This document shows, piece after piece, positions 1 through 8,871 of a DNA stretch of 64,000 bases (positions are counted from its first letter, which is position 1; each line of letters starts with the position of its first letter). This stretch comes from a virus. Below the pieces are notes generated by a model. The model was given only the letters and a program-made list of their open reading frames with translations. It was not told the origin of the DNA and did no database searches. The DNA is taken from the IMG/VR virus record IMGVR_UViG_3300034093_003283; one strand, written 5' to 3'. Made by a program: the position numbers and the translations under genes.

Positions 1-1
1 A

Positions 2-460
2 TTCCATTAATTTTTCTTCAGCAAAATTATTCTGTTTTTGTCTGGCCACAATATCTTCTTCACGGTTCTGCTTCATAAAATCATAAATCTTATTCAACAT
101 TTCATCCATACCAGAAGAACCACCGCCGCCATCTTTTTCCAGTTTACCAATCTTAGTTGATGTTGAAACGGGTCTTGCACGGCCCGTGAAATATTCAACA
201 TCTTTTCTGGAACGACCTGTCATTTTACCAAGAATTGCCGGACCCAATCTGGATCCACCTGTCATAAACTTTGCAATGTTTAACGGATCAAATTTGGCTT
301 TAAGTCTGGTAACTCTGGCTTTTGTTTTTAAACCAATAGCTTTACCAATTGATGCACCATATCCCTCGCCAGAGATAAGTTGGTCAGCAATAACGGAACC
401 AAGAGATTGATTCTTCAACCTCGCAGCCATCTGGTATGACATTTTATTATCTGTAGCCAT
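2..460 (-). CDS. N-terminal part of a gene running off the window edge; candidate tape-measure/baseplate-hub region protein
   Basis: Not in the ORF track. ATG at 460-458, open to the window edge: MATDNKMSYQMAARLKNQSLGSVIADQLISGEGYGASIGKAIGLKTKARVTRLKAKFDPLNIAKFMTGG...SGMDEMLNKIYDFMKQNREEDIVARQ. Starts 1 nt after the stop of the 462-2237 gene. Confidence 0.8.
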   Translation of the reverse strand, partial: MATDNKMSYQMAARLKNQSLGSVIADQLISGEGYGASIGKAIGLKTKARVTRLKAKFDPLNIAKFMTGGSRLGPAILGKMTGRSRKDVEYFTGRARPVSTSTKIGKLEKDGGGGSSGMDEMLNKIYDFMKQNREEDIVARQKQNNFAEEKLME

Positions 461-461
461 T

Positions 462-2237
462 TTATTGTTGTTGCTTTCTTACATGAGGTGGTCTATCGTC
501 AACCTTTTGTTCAGGTTTAACATTGTTTGTCTGGTTGTTTGTCGTAGTGGTATTGTTCGTTGTTTGAGCTGACTTATCTTTATTTAACTTTTCTTTGAGG
601 TTTGCATTTTCTTTGGATGATTCGTCAACTTTGTTACCTGTATCAGAACTCGGTACTGGAGTGGATGAAACTTCCGCTTGATATTTTTCTGCTAATTTTG
701 CTCGATGTTCAGATTCCAACTCACCTGAGGCTAATTTTTTATCCTGAAATCCAACAGCCTTACTGACTGTTCCTATATTTTCCAATTCTTGTGGTTTTTT
801 ACCCTTATATTTTAAAAAGAACCAAGGAATAGATTTTGCAGCAACAGAAGCCTCATTTAATTTATCGGGATCACCCACCAAATCCACACCAATATAATCG
901 CCTAAGGATTTGTATGCATCCTTTCCTGTAATTTGTAAAAAACCTCGACCTCTATATTTAAAACCATCACCATCAGCGGTGTTACCTAAATCTTTTCTTT
1001 TTCCATAAACAGCCTCAGCAATTTTTTCTGGATTTTTTGCTATATCTATTGCTATCTGATTTGGTAAAACTCTACCCTTCTCATTCTTTGAAAGTTTGCC
1101 GTCAGGTCCTTTTTGGCCGAATCTATTTGGCCACGTATTTGCCAAACCGTCAGCTGAATAGTTTAAATTCTCACTTTGTGGAACAAATTTTGATTCAGCT
1201 TCAACTTGTGCCAATACATTTGCCTGAGCCTTTGCTGACAAACCTGCGGCCACCAGTGCAGCAATAACTATACCTTTTCCGCCAGAAATTGGAGGAATTT
1301 TGGCAGTTGGTGCTTTTGGTGGCGGTTTAACTGGTTCTGCCTTTGGTGGAGGCTTTACTTGAGCTGGCTTTGGTGCCGCAGGTGCAGCTTCCGCCTTTGG
1401 TGGTGGTTTGACCTCTGGCGGTTTAACCTGTTCTGATTTTGGTGGTTTGACTTCTGGTGGTTTGACTTGTTCAGCAGTTTTCTTAGCCTTATCATCAGCT
1501 TCTTTTTTAGCTTTATCTTCAGCAGCCTTTTTGGCTTTATCTTCAGCAGCCTTTTTAGCTTTATCTTCAGCAGCCTTTTTGGCTTTATCTTCAGCAGCCT
1601 TTTTAGCTCTATCTTCGGATTCTTTTTTAGCTTTATCTTCAGCAGCTTTCTTGGCTTTATCTTCAGCAGCTTTCTTGGCTTTATCTTCAGCAGCCTTTTT
1701 AGCAGTATCTTCTGCTGGCTTCTTAGCTGGTTCTGCTGGCTTCTTAGCTGGTTCTGCTGGCTTTTTAGCCGGCTCAGGTGGCTTTTTAGCCGGCTCAGGT
1801 GGCTTTTTATCCTGCTCAGGTGGTTTCTTAGCCGTTTCTGCTGGCTTTTTGGCCGGCGCAGTTGGCTTAGCTGGTGCAGTTGGTTTAGCTGCCTCTTTTT
1901 CTTCCGCCTTTTTCTCACGGCGAATGACTCTCTTAGGCTTTGGTCTTCTACGAACCGTTAACGCCTTCAACAATTCTTGGTGGCGTTGTTCTTCTTTTCC
2001 TGTATCAGTTTTTTTATATTTTTCTTCTATTACTCTTTGAGCCAATTCATCTTTGCGATTATCAACCATCAATTGGTAGATTTGACCAAGAACTCCATCC
2101 ATTTCGCCACTATCCGCAAGAGCCTTAGGTGTGGCCTTGGTGGAATTCAGCAATGAAGCTGAAGTTTGTTTTGATTTTTCGGACAATTTACTCATCGATT
2201 GTTGATGAGTAACATCCTTACTGGTGTCTCTTGCCAT
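462..2237 (-). CDS. Virion-associated GH19-family muramidase with long K/A/P/E repeat stalk (tape-measure/gp29-position protein)
   Basis: C-terminal half has phage GH19 motifs: AQVEAES..SENLNYS, YG.RKDLGN...GDGFKYRGRGFLQITGKDAY, DLVGDPDKL, A.WFF. N-terminal half is tandem KKPAEPA and AAEDKAKK repeats. Lies directly downstream of gp26/gp51. Confidence 0.75.
   Translation of the reverse strand: MARDTSKDVTHQQSMSKLSEKSKQTSASLLNSTKATPKALADSGEMDGVLGQIYQLMVDNRKDELAQRVIEEKYKKTDTGKEEQRHQELLKALTVRRRPKPKRVIRREKKAEEKEAAKPTAPAKPTAPAKKPAETAKKPPEQDKKPPEPAKKPPEPAKKPAEPAKKPAEPAKKPAEDTAKKAAEDKAKKAAEDKAKKAAEDKAKKESEDRAKKAAEDKAKKAAEDKAKKAAEDKAKKAAEDKAKKEADDKAKKTAEQVKPPEVKPPKSEQVKPPEVKPPPKAEAAPAAPKPAQVKPPPKAEPVKPPPKAPTAKIPPISGGKGIVIAALVAAGLSAKAQANVLAQVEAESKFVPQSENLNYSADGLANTWPNRFGQKGPDGKLSKNEKGRVLPNQIAIDIAKNPEKIAEAVYGKRKDLGNTADGDGFKYRGRGFLQITGKDAYKSLGDYIGVDLVGDPDKLNEASVAAKSIPWFFLKYKGKKPQELENIGTVSKAVGFQDKKLASGELESEHRAKLAEKYQAEVSSTPVPSSDTGNKVDESSKENANLKEKLNKDKSAQTTNNTTTTNNQTNNVKPEQKVDDRPPHVRKQQQ
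1310..1895 (-). repeat. Coding tandem repeats: 24-bp (AAEDKAKK), 21-bp (KKPAEPA/KKPPEPA) and VKPP-type units
   Basis: Repeated gctttatcttcagcagc(c/t)tt(t/c)tt(a/g) units at about 1490-1710, ttagc(t/c)gg(t/c)tc(t/a)g(c/g)tggc units at about 1710-1860, and VKPPE/VKPPPK units at about 1310-1470. Confidence 0.95.
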
Positions 2238-2423
2238 TTATCTCTTTTGTCGTTCTCTTATTTTTTGATTTTCTTCCTCAATATACTGAATCAACATAGA
2301 GACATAGATATCTCTTTCCCATGGCAACATAGCTTCTAACTCCGTCAAACTATATTTGTGATGCTGCATCAAAGAGAAATTAGTTTTGTAATAATTCCTC
2401 AAGTTATCGTGACGCAGCGTCAA
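2238..2423 (-). CDS. gp51: Baseplate hub assembly protein gp51-like (possibly the C-terminal part of a gp26-gp51 frameshift fusion)
   Basis: NYYKTNFSLMQHHKYSLTELEAMLPWERDIYV.ML motif typical of T4-like gp51. Follows gp26. Only a TTG start upstream of the conserved motif. Confidence 0.85.
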   Translation of the reverse strand: MTLRHDNLRNYYKTNFSLMQHHKYSLTELEAMLPWERDIYVSMLIQYIEEENQKIRERQKR

Positions 2424-3145
2424 CCGAAAAAATTTTCGAGACCTTCTACGTCAATTTTATGATAAAAACCACATTTACTACAAGTCATCTCAACCGTTTC
2501 TTTTAACTTTGGTAAGTTATTAAAGAAGTGTTCAACCTTTTCAAATTGAGCCTGATTCAGACCTTCAACAAACTCCAACATTTCACCAGGTTCGGCCTCA
2601 TGTGCATAATAGAATTGATCGCCGTCATAAATGTGTTCGATACTTTCTGAAATCAAGTTGAAAGTCACCTCAGTAATATCTTCCATGTTGAGAGAATCTT
2701 TGATGATACCAAACTCAGGGTACTTCATCTTAATCATAATCTTGTCAGTCAATTGAATTTCTGGACTAACTTCTTCTTCACGGTATGGTTGAATATTTTG
2801 TAGGTTAACACTTGCTTCCATAATGTTACCACAAACCTTTTCTTCAACCTCATTATTACAACGGTATCTTGTCTCTACAATTTCACCGACAGATTTGCTT
2901 CTGAGATTGATGAAGTAATATTCAACATCAATGATAGGCAATTTGTCAATATTGATATTTTCAGTCAAAGTACAATTGTTCAGTATGTCACGGACATTCT
3001 GCTGAATCGTTGAGGACTCATTTGACTCCAGAGCCATCAATAGATTCTTTTGTTCTTTAACTAGAAACGGTCTATATTTAATTATTTTCTTAGATATAGG
3101 TAATTCAATTTCATATGTTGGCACATCAAGTTTAGGTAAAGCCAT
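2420..3145 (-). CDS. gp26: Baseplate hub subunit / assembly chaperone gp26
   Basis: MALPKL..PTYE..LP, YRPFLVKEQK.LL, D.EY.FINLRSKSVGE, two Cys pairs (C..C), C-terminal EGLENFF. Confidence 0.9.
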   Translation of the reverse strand: MALPKLDVPTYEIELPISKKIIKYRPFLVKEQKNLLMALESNESSTIQQNVRDILNNCTLTENINIDKLPIIDVEYYFINLRSKSVGEIVETRYRCNNEVEEKVCGNIMEASVNLQNIQPYREEEVSPEIQLTDKIMIKMKYPEFGIIKDSLNMEDITEVTFNLISESIEHIYDGDQFYYAHEAEPGEMLEFVEGLNQAQFEKVEHFFNNLPKLKETVEMTCSKCGFYHKIDVEGLENFFG

Positions 3146-3161
3146 AATTTCTCCAATTTAA

Positions 3162-3863
3162 TTATACAAATCCATTAATATTATCAGCACTTTTGCCAAT
3201 CGAATCAATTCCAGAACCAATCGCACCAGTGGCACTATCGGTGATTGCACCAATAGCACCTTTTGCAGTACCACCAAGTCCACCGTACTTGTCGATAACA
3301 TTTCCGACTGCCGAATCCAACAGTTCCATCGCAAGGCCTTGGAGAGAATTGTTCTTCCAGTAAGTGTATGCAAATGTCACTGATAGTTTGTGGTAACCAT
3401 CATTAGACCAATCTAAGTCCATTTGGTTTATTGCAATTGGAAATGCCTCATACAAGTTGCAAGAGTATGATGGTTGATTCGTAACATCATATTGTGTTAT
3501 TGTCAAATCTGTACAATAATCACTTTTATATCTAAAGTTGTTGTTGTACAACGGATTGATAAAGTTCAACCACGCATCAAAGAATACTTTTTGTGACATA
3601 TCATCATCAACAATAAATGTCAAATCAATGTCACTGTATGTGTTTTGATATGGAAACTTCTCAATCGGACCATATGTCTTTTGTTCGATTGTTGCGAGAG
3701 TTCTACCTGGTAGATTTGCGTTCTCACATCTATATTTCAGGTTTCTATTGGTCTTTACATAAGCCAACAGTGTAAAAGGAATAGGAACATCGACCTCAAA
3801 ACGATTCGGTCTAGCCAAATCGCCGGTGAAAGATGATTTAAAACCGCTAATTGAAACTGGCAT
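3162..3863 (-). CDS. gp54: Tail tube-like baseplate-tube initiator (gp54/gp19 fold)
   Basis: LARPNRFEV, CENANLPGRT, TF.VD.DM..K.FFD.W, L.EAFP, VTFAY.YW tube-fold motifs. Position next to gp2/gp4. Has a Gly-rich C-terminal extension. Confidence 0.7.
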   Translation of the reverse strand: MPVSISGFKSSFTGDLARPNRFEVDVPIPFTLLAYVKTNRNLKYRCENANLPGRTLATIEQKTYGPIEKFPYQNTYSDIDLTFIVDDDMSQKVFFDAWLNFINPLYNNNFRYKSDYCTDLTITQYDVTNQPSYSCNLYEAFPIAINQMDLDWSNDGYHKLSVTFAYTYWKNNSLQGLAMELLDSAVGNVIDKYGGLGGTAKGAIGAITDSATGAIGSGIDSIGKSADNINGFV

Positions 3864-3864
3864 C

Positions 3865-4479
3865 TTAGTTCCTTATTTCTTCTATTGAGTCTTTCCAGAC
3901 TTCTTTTGGTTGCGCCTTCTTGAATTGGTGTACAGGCAAATACATTGCAATGTCCCATTCGTTAGGTTCGACAGCCAATATTCTGGATTTAATGTGGCCA
4001 TACAAATAATGTTTGATACATGGTTTGAATTCTTTTAACCTAGACGATGCATCTAACATTGGATATGTGATACGAATTCTTTTAATCTCATCTTCATCAT
4101 TGTAAATTGCAAAATTCATCAACTTCTTCATAAAAATTAATCTATAACGAAGTGGCAAATAATGTATGTTTAACCCAAGAAAACCATCAGATTGTCGTTT
4201 TAAGGGTAAAACAAGTGGAAATCTATCATAATAAGGCAAATCGCTTTTGCCTTTAGGATCATATACGAAGTAGTATAACCCACCCATCAAAAACTTTTGT
4301 CTGTCGGATGGTTTAGTCCAGCGAGACTTTTCTCTTGTTATTGGAATGGCCAGTCGACCAGGGTTTCTTAAATCTGCAATTCGTTTTAATAACCATGTCA
4401 TGGATTCTCGGCTCATCGTTTGATAATTGGCCGAAACCTTTTCTTCTGACAGTGTAGTGAGTATGGATTTTGTTATCAT
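3865..4479 (-). CDS. gp2: DNA end protector protein gp2
   Basis: YDPK.K..LPYYDRFPLV, GFLGLN.HYLP...R, FKPCIKHYL..H..S, W......P..QF. Start moved from 4590 to the in-frame ATG at 4479 to remove the overlap with gp4. Confidence 0.9.
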   Translation of the reverse strand: MITKSILTTLSEEKVSANYQTMSRESMTWLLKRIADLRNPGRLAIPITREKSRWTKPSDRQKFLMGGLYYFVYDPKGKSDLPYYDRFPLVLPLKRQSDGFLGLNIHYLPLRYRLIFMKKLMNFAIYNDEDEIKRIRITYPMLDASSRLKEFKPCIKHYLYGHIKSRILAVEPNEWDIAMYLPVHQFKKAQPKEVWKDSIEEIRN

Positions 4480-4483
4480 CGGA

Positions 4484-4491
4484 TATTTAGT
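4484..4491 (-). promoter_or_regulatory. T4-type late promoter (ACTAAATA) for gp2
   Basis: Near-consensus TATAAATA, 4 nt before ATG 4479. Confidence 0.6.
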
Positions 4492-4925
4492 TATAGTCCG
4501 AGATGGTCTTCCGTGATAAGTTTGAATTCCCAACCACGGTCTAAACAATATTCTGTTGCCGCCTTCCATTTGGCCTGATTGACACCCCATGTTACTACTT
4601 CTTGTATGTATTGTTTTGTGACTTTTTTCTTTTTGTCTGGCTCCATGGTTTGTTTTTTGGGTTTCACTTCAAGCATCATAGTTCTAAGTTTACCATCTTT
4701 ATCACGAACTTTAACGACAAAATCCGGAAAATAACGATGCATACGATTATCCACAGGAGATTTGTATGGAATTATGAGTTCTTCTGAAGCCCAAGACACA
4801 ATATTTGGATTTTTGTCGAGCCAATTCATTACTCGGCATTCCCATGATGAGCGATAAATGATTTTTTTGTAATCCCCTGCGTATTTTTGAGGATTTGAAG
4901 GTCGGAATGTTCCAGAATATGCCAT
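4491..4925 (-). CDS. gp4: Head completion protein gp4 (TnsA-like nuclease fold)
   Basis: MAYSG.F.P.NP.KY.GD...I.YRSSWE, W.SEE..IPY, HRYFPDF, EVKP..QT, N.AKW.AA..YC...GW.F.LITE. Confidence 0.95.
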   Translation of the reverse strand: MAYSGTFRPSNPQKYAGDYKKIIYRSSWECRVMNWLDKNPNIVSWASEELIIPYKSPVDNRMHRYFPDFVVKVRDKDGKLRTMMLEVKPKKQTMEPDKKKKVTKQYIQEVVTWGVNQAKWKAATEYCLDRGWEFKLITEDHLGL

Positions 4926-4930
4926 AAATA
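4923..4930 (+). promoter_or_regulatory. T4-type late promoter (CATAAATA) for the gp48 operon, overlapping the gp4 start codon
   Basis: At the edge of the 33-bp divergent intergenic region. Confidence 0.65.
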
Positions 4931-4958
4931 ATATATATCAATCTTTTTAGAAAAGACC

Positions 4959-5924
4959 ATGGCAATAATTTCAATTCCAACATCAATCGGTGGCGTGTCA
5001 ATTCCTGGAGCTGCACTTAAAGGTCCTTTGGGTAAATTGTTTGGTAACAATAATCAAATAGAAGTTTTATCTTATCCGAGAGATTTGCAGTCTGCAACAA
5101 GAAACCATGTGGTACAATTCACAATTAATGAAGTACAGCCCACCGGTTATCAACAAGGTAAATCATACACATTGAGTGATGCTTGGAATGGTGTAAAGAA
5201 TAGTACAGAAGAATTAACCAGTGCAGTTACAAAAGGATTTGCCGGTGACGGTATAGTAGACAAAGGAATCGGTTCTATTTCAGCTTTTTCAAGTCAAGCA
5301 CAAATAACATTTAAACAAAAAAAATCAAAGATTAAAGCTGCAATAAACTTATACATGCCAGACACACTAGAATTTACCAATGCAGCAGGATACAATCAAA
5401 CAAGTCTACTTGAGGTTGCAGAATCAATTCTAACAAAAATTCCTTATGTAAAAGAAGTGGCAACGCCAGCATTCTCCGCAGTACAATCAAATGCTGGTAA
5501 ATTAGCTCTATCATCACAAGGCCTTGCACTCAATCCACAACAACAATTGATGTTTGATGGTATAGATTTTAGATCATTTCAAATGTCTTTCACTTTTACA
5601 CCTTTCTCAAAAGATGAAGCAACCGCAGTGAAAAATATTGTGAAGATGTTTAAGACACACGCTGCACCAAGGATTGTTTCTGGTTCTGCTGGTATGCTTT
5701 TTGTACCGCCATCAACATTTAATTTGAAATTTATGTCCAATGGTGCAGAAAATAAAAACATTGGTAAAGTTGCTGAATGTGTTATCGAAACCATCGATGT
5801 AAACTATGCACCAAACGGATGGTCTGCACATACAGATGGTGCACCAATTCAAACTACAATGTCTATTAGTTTCAAAGAAATAGAATTGATAGACAGAGAA
5901 AAAATAGAAAAGGATGGTTATTGA
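4959..5924 (+). CDS. gp48: Baseplate tail-tube cap gp48
   Basis: L.YP.DL, I.LYMP, NP....MF.G..FR.F...F.F.P....EA..V..I...FK, CVI..I.VNYAPNG, F.E.E. Precedes gp53. Confidence 0.85.
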   Translation: MAIISIPTSIGGVSIPGAALKGPLGKLFGNNNQIEVLSYPRDLQSATRNHVVQFTINEVQPTGYQQGKSYTLSDAWNGVKNSTEELTSAVTKGFAGDGIVDKGIGSISAFSSQAQITFKQKKSKIKAAINLYMPDTLEFTNAAGYNQTSLLEVAESILTKIPYVKEVATPAFSAVQSNAGKLALSSQGLALNPQQQLMFDGIDFRSFQMSFTFTPFSKDEATAVKNIVKMFKTHAAPRIVSGSAGMLFVPPSTFNLKFMSNGAENKNIGKVAECVIETIDVNYAPNGWSAHTDGAPIQTTMSISFKEIELIDREKIEKDGY

Positions 5925-5925
5925 A

Positions 5926-6543
5926 ATGCAATATTTTGATACACTCCCAAAAATAATTCACACAAATAATAATGGTATTTCCACCATTATGACTAATCTT
6001 ATGGCCAGAGTTAGTATTCTACCAGAAATTTTGAAGAATCCAATGGTATATTACAAATATGATGTACAAGATGGTGATACACCAGAAATTGTTGCATACA
6101 AATACTATGATGATCCATATCGTTATTGGATAGTATTGTTTGCAAACAAGATGTTGGATCCACAATGGGATTGGCCACTCAATTCAATACAGTTTAATGA
6201 GTATGTAAACGACAAATATGGTAACACATTGAGTAATTTACATCACTATGAAAAGGTAATTACCAAAACTACCCGTGGCACTGATGATGACCAAACAGTA
6301 ATAGAAAAATTTACTATTACTGGTGAAGAATTTTTGGGTCTACTTTACTCACATCCATTTGGTATTGATCCAGTTAGAACATTTTCATTACCAACGGGAG
6401 TTGTGGATATAACAATACAACCAACACCTATAACGAATTATGAGTATGAAATGAATTTAAATGAATCAAAAAGAAACATTAACATATTGAATTCAAAATA
6501 TGTTGACCAATTGGAAACTGAATTTCAAGATTTGATGAGTTAA
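5926..6543 (+). CDS. gp53: Baseplate wedge subunit gp53 (LysM-like)
   Basis: YF...P, Y.VQDGDTPE.VA.KYY.DP...WIVL..N...DP..DWP, HHYE, TNYEYE..LNE.KR.I. Start placed at ATG 5926 (AAGGA upstream) rather than 5914. Confidence 0.9.
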   Translation: MQYFDTLPKIIHTNNNGISTIMTNLMARVSILPEILKNPMVYYKYDVQDGDTPEIVAYKYYDDPYRYWIVLFANKMLDPQWDWPLNSIQFNEYVNDKYGNTLSNLHHYEKVITKTTRGTDDDQTVIEKFTITGEEFLGLLYSHPFGIDPVRTFSLPTGVVDITIQPTPITNYEYEMNLNESKRNINILNSKYVDQLETEFQDLMS

Positions 6544-6544
6544 T

Positions 6545-7918
6545 ATGGCCACAAATAATCCCACTCCAGTTGAAGCTTCTGGTGCTTATTCACCACAAGA
6601 CTATTCTTTAAAGACACTTAATTTTTTAACATCGAATGGTAAAAGAATAGAACTTAAAAAAATAATGATGGAGTTTTCATATTATGAAGATATCTACACA
6701 TTTGCAGCATCTGGTTATGTGACTGTGGTTGATGGACAAGGTTTCATTGAACTTCTACAGTTAACTGGCAACGAATATCTTGAAGTAAATTTTGGTAAAG
6801 TGAAAAATGGTCCTAATGCTAATGACCAAATTTTTAGGGTGTATAAGATTGGTGATAGAAAACCAGGTGGAAATCATAACACTGAGGTCTACACACTACA
6901 TTTCTGTTCCGAAGAATTGATGCTTTCAGAGCAGACAAAGATAAGTAAGTCATATTCTGGCCAAAAGGTTTCTGAAATTGTTAAAGATGTATTGACAGAA
7001 AAACTTAAAGTCAAACCAAAAAACATCAATGTAATAGAAGAAACAACTGGTGTTTATGATTTTGTTGTACCAAAATTAAAACCATTTGAAACCATTAGTT
7101 GGGTATCAACATATGCAAGACCAAAGAAACAAAACAGTACCGCTGATATGTTATTCTTTGAAACAAAAGAAGGTTTCAACTTCAGGTCACTACAATCTAT
7201 GTACAAAGACAAGGTTTATGCAACATATAAGTATGAACCGATGAACTTAGATAACAAGAAACAAGATTTCCAAGAAAAAGCATACAATGTGATTGAATAC
7301 GAATTTTCCAAAACATATGATGCACTACAAGAGATTACATCCGGTTCGTTTGCAAATAGGTTAATTTCAATTGACCCATTAACTCGGTCATTCAACGTGA
7401 CAGATTTTGATTATAACAAGATGAAAGACACAATGGAAAAGTTGAATCCTGGTGGTATTTTGAATGAATTGAAAAATAGATTTGATAAAGCATTGAATCA
7501 ATCACCAGAAGGTGTGTTAAAAGTTGCAACAGGCAATTCAAACCACGGAAATGTACCTTACATCAAAGAAAAAGAAGGCGGATTTGCAAAAGACATTTTC
7601 ATTGAAACAATCTTACCACTTAGAACCGCTGCAATTTCATTGGCTAATTTTACCGCATTAAAGATGGCCGTGCCTGGTGATCCAGGACTAACAGCAGGTA
7701 AAGTTGTTGAATTTAACCTTTTCACACTAAAACCAACAAACAATACAAAAGAACTAGATAAAGCTTATTCAGGTAAGTACCTTGTCACTGCGGTTCGACA
7801 CATTATCAAACAAACTGCATATCAGACAATTTTGGAAATGGCCAAAGAAAGCTTACCAAAAGCACAAGAAGGTGCAAATAACTCAGACAAGAACATTAGA
7901 CAGGCGATTACAGCATGA
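6545..7918 (+). CDS. Baseplate hub protein (gp27-like position)
   Basis: Between gp53 and gp5. Motifs YEDI....SG...V.D, LP/LTGNE.L, FFET..GFNF.S, VPGD..L.AG.VV, SGKYLVTAVRH.I are typical of contractile-tail hub proteins. Confidence 0.7.
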   Translation: MATNNPTPVEASGAYSPQDYSLKTLNFLTSNGKRIELKKIMMEFSYYEDIYTFAASGYVTVVDGQGFIELLQLTGNEYLEVNFGKVKNGPNANDQIFRVYKIGDRKPGGNHNTEVYTLHFCSEELMLSEQTKISKSYSGQKVSEIVKDVLTEKLKVKPKNINVIEETTGVYDFVVPKLKPFETISWVSTYARPKKQNSTADMLFFETKEGFNFRSLQSMYKDKVYATYKYEPMNLDNKKQDFQEKAYNVIEYEFSKTYDALQEITSGSFANRLISIDPLTRSFNVTDFDYNKMKDTMEKLNPGGILNELKNRFDKALNQSPEGVLKVATGNSNHGNVPYIKEKEGGFAKDIFIETILPLRTAAISLANFTALKMAVPGDPGLTAGKVVEFNLFTLKPTNNTKELDKAYSGKYLVTAVRHIIKQTAYQTILEMAKESLPKAQEGANNSDKNIRQAITA

Positions 7919-8871
7919 TGAACAATTTTATTGGTAAAGACGGTTTTCATTGGTGGTTAGGTGTTGTTGAAGATAGAACCGACCCACTAGGATTAGGCCG
8001 GGTGCGTGTCCGTATGTTCGGTCACCACACAGACAACCTTGAAGAATTGCCTACGGATGGTCTATCTTGGGCGTTACCTTGTCTGCCACCAAATGTGTCG
8101 ATGACTGATGGTGCACCATTATTGGGTGACTATGCATTTGGTTTCTTCACTGATGGTGAATCTAGTCAAGCACCTATCATCATTGGTATATTTCCAGGTA
8201 TACCAAAAAATGGACCAAATACATCCAAAGGTTTTTCAGAAGGAACGTTTTATCCATTAGGTGAACCTACCAGTAGCAGATTACACAGAAATGAAAAAAT
8301 TGAAGAAACTGCAATTGGTTACCACAATAGTAACCTAGATACCAGTGTGCCTACGGCTAGTGGTGGTACCTGGAGTGAACCAGAATCCCAATATGATGCA
8401 AAAATCCCATACAATCGGGTGACACAGACTGAAGCAGGACATGTATTTGAATTGGATGACACGCCTGGCGCTGAGAGGATACACCTCCACCATAAGGCCA
8501 ATACATTCTTTGAGATTGCACCTGACGGGTCAAAGGTTACCAAAGTATCTGGAAAGAACTATGAGGTTTATCTTTCCGACAATAATATTCATATAAAAGG
8601 TGTTTGTAATATTACAGTCGATGGCAATGCAAACTTATATGTCAAAGGAAGTGTACAAGAAAAGGTTGCTGGTAACTATTCTTTGAATGTGACTGGAGAT
8701 ATAGTTATGAATGGTAAAACCATCAATTTGAATCACGGTACTATGGGTGCTGCAAGAATTGGAGATACGGCTGATACTGGGGACGATGGTACTGGTAGCC
8801 ACTTTGATTCTAATCCACCAGGCACCAATGTTATCGAAACTGGTTCGGGTACAGTATTCATTGGAGATTAA
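7915..8871 (+). CDS. gp5: Baseplate spike gp5 (OB-fold plus short beta-helix, no lysozyme domain, PAAR-like C-terminus)
   Basis: WW.GVVEDR.DPL.LGRVRVR.FG.H OB-fold, PYN.V..TE.GHVFE.DDTPG.ERI..HH, then V.G repeats. Only 318 aa. Confidence 0.9.
   Translation: MMNNFIGKDGFHWWLGVVEDRTDPLGLGRVRVRMFGHHTDNLEELPTDGLSWALPCLPPNVSMTDGAPLLGDYAFGFFTDGESSQAPIIIGIFPGIPKNGPNTSKGFSEGTFYPLGEPTSSRLHRNEKIEETAIGYHNSNLDTSVPTASGGTWSEPESQYDAKIPYNRVTQTEAGHVFELDDTPGAERIHLHHKANTFFEIAPDGSKVTKVSGKNYEVYLSDNNIHIKGVCNITVDGNANLYVKGSVQEKVAGNYSLNVTGDIVMNGKTINLNHGTMGAARIGDTADTGDDGTGSHFDSNPPGTNVIETGSGTVFIGD

Noticed and set aside
1355-2040. Long overlapping ORFs (1355-1918, 1408-2040, 1467-1961) with repetitive hydrophobic or basic translations
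   Set aside because: They are alternative-frame and antisense shadows of the 24-bp and 21-bp coding repeats, with no independent evidence of being genes.
4491-4925. TnsA-like nuclease as a transposon or homing endonuclease
   Set aside because: Sequence and synteny match core head-completion gp4.
4942-4956. TCTTTT-TAG-AAAAGA hairpin in the divergent gp4/gp48 region as a terminator
   Set aside because: Weak AU-rich stem located between divergent starts, where a terminator is not expected.
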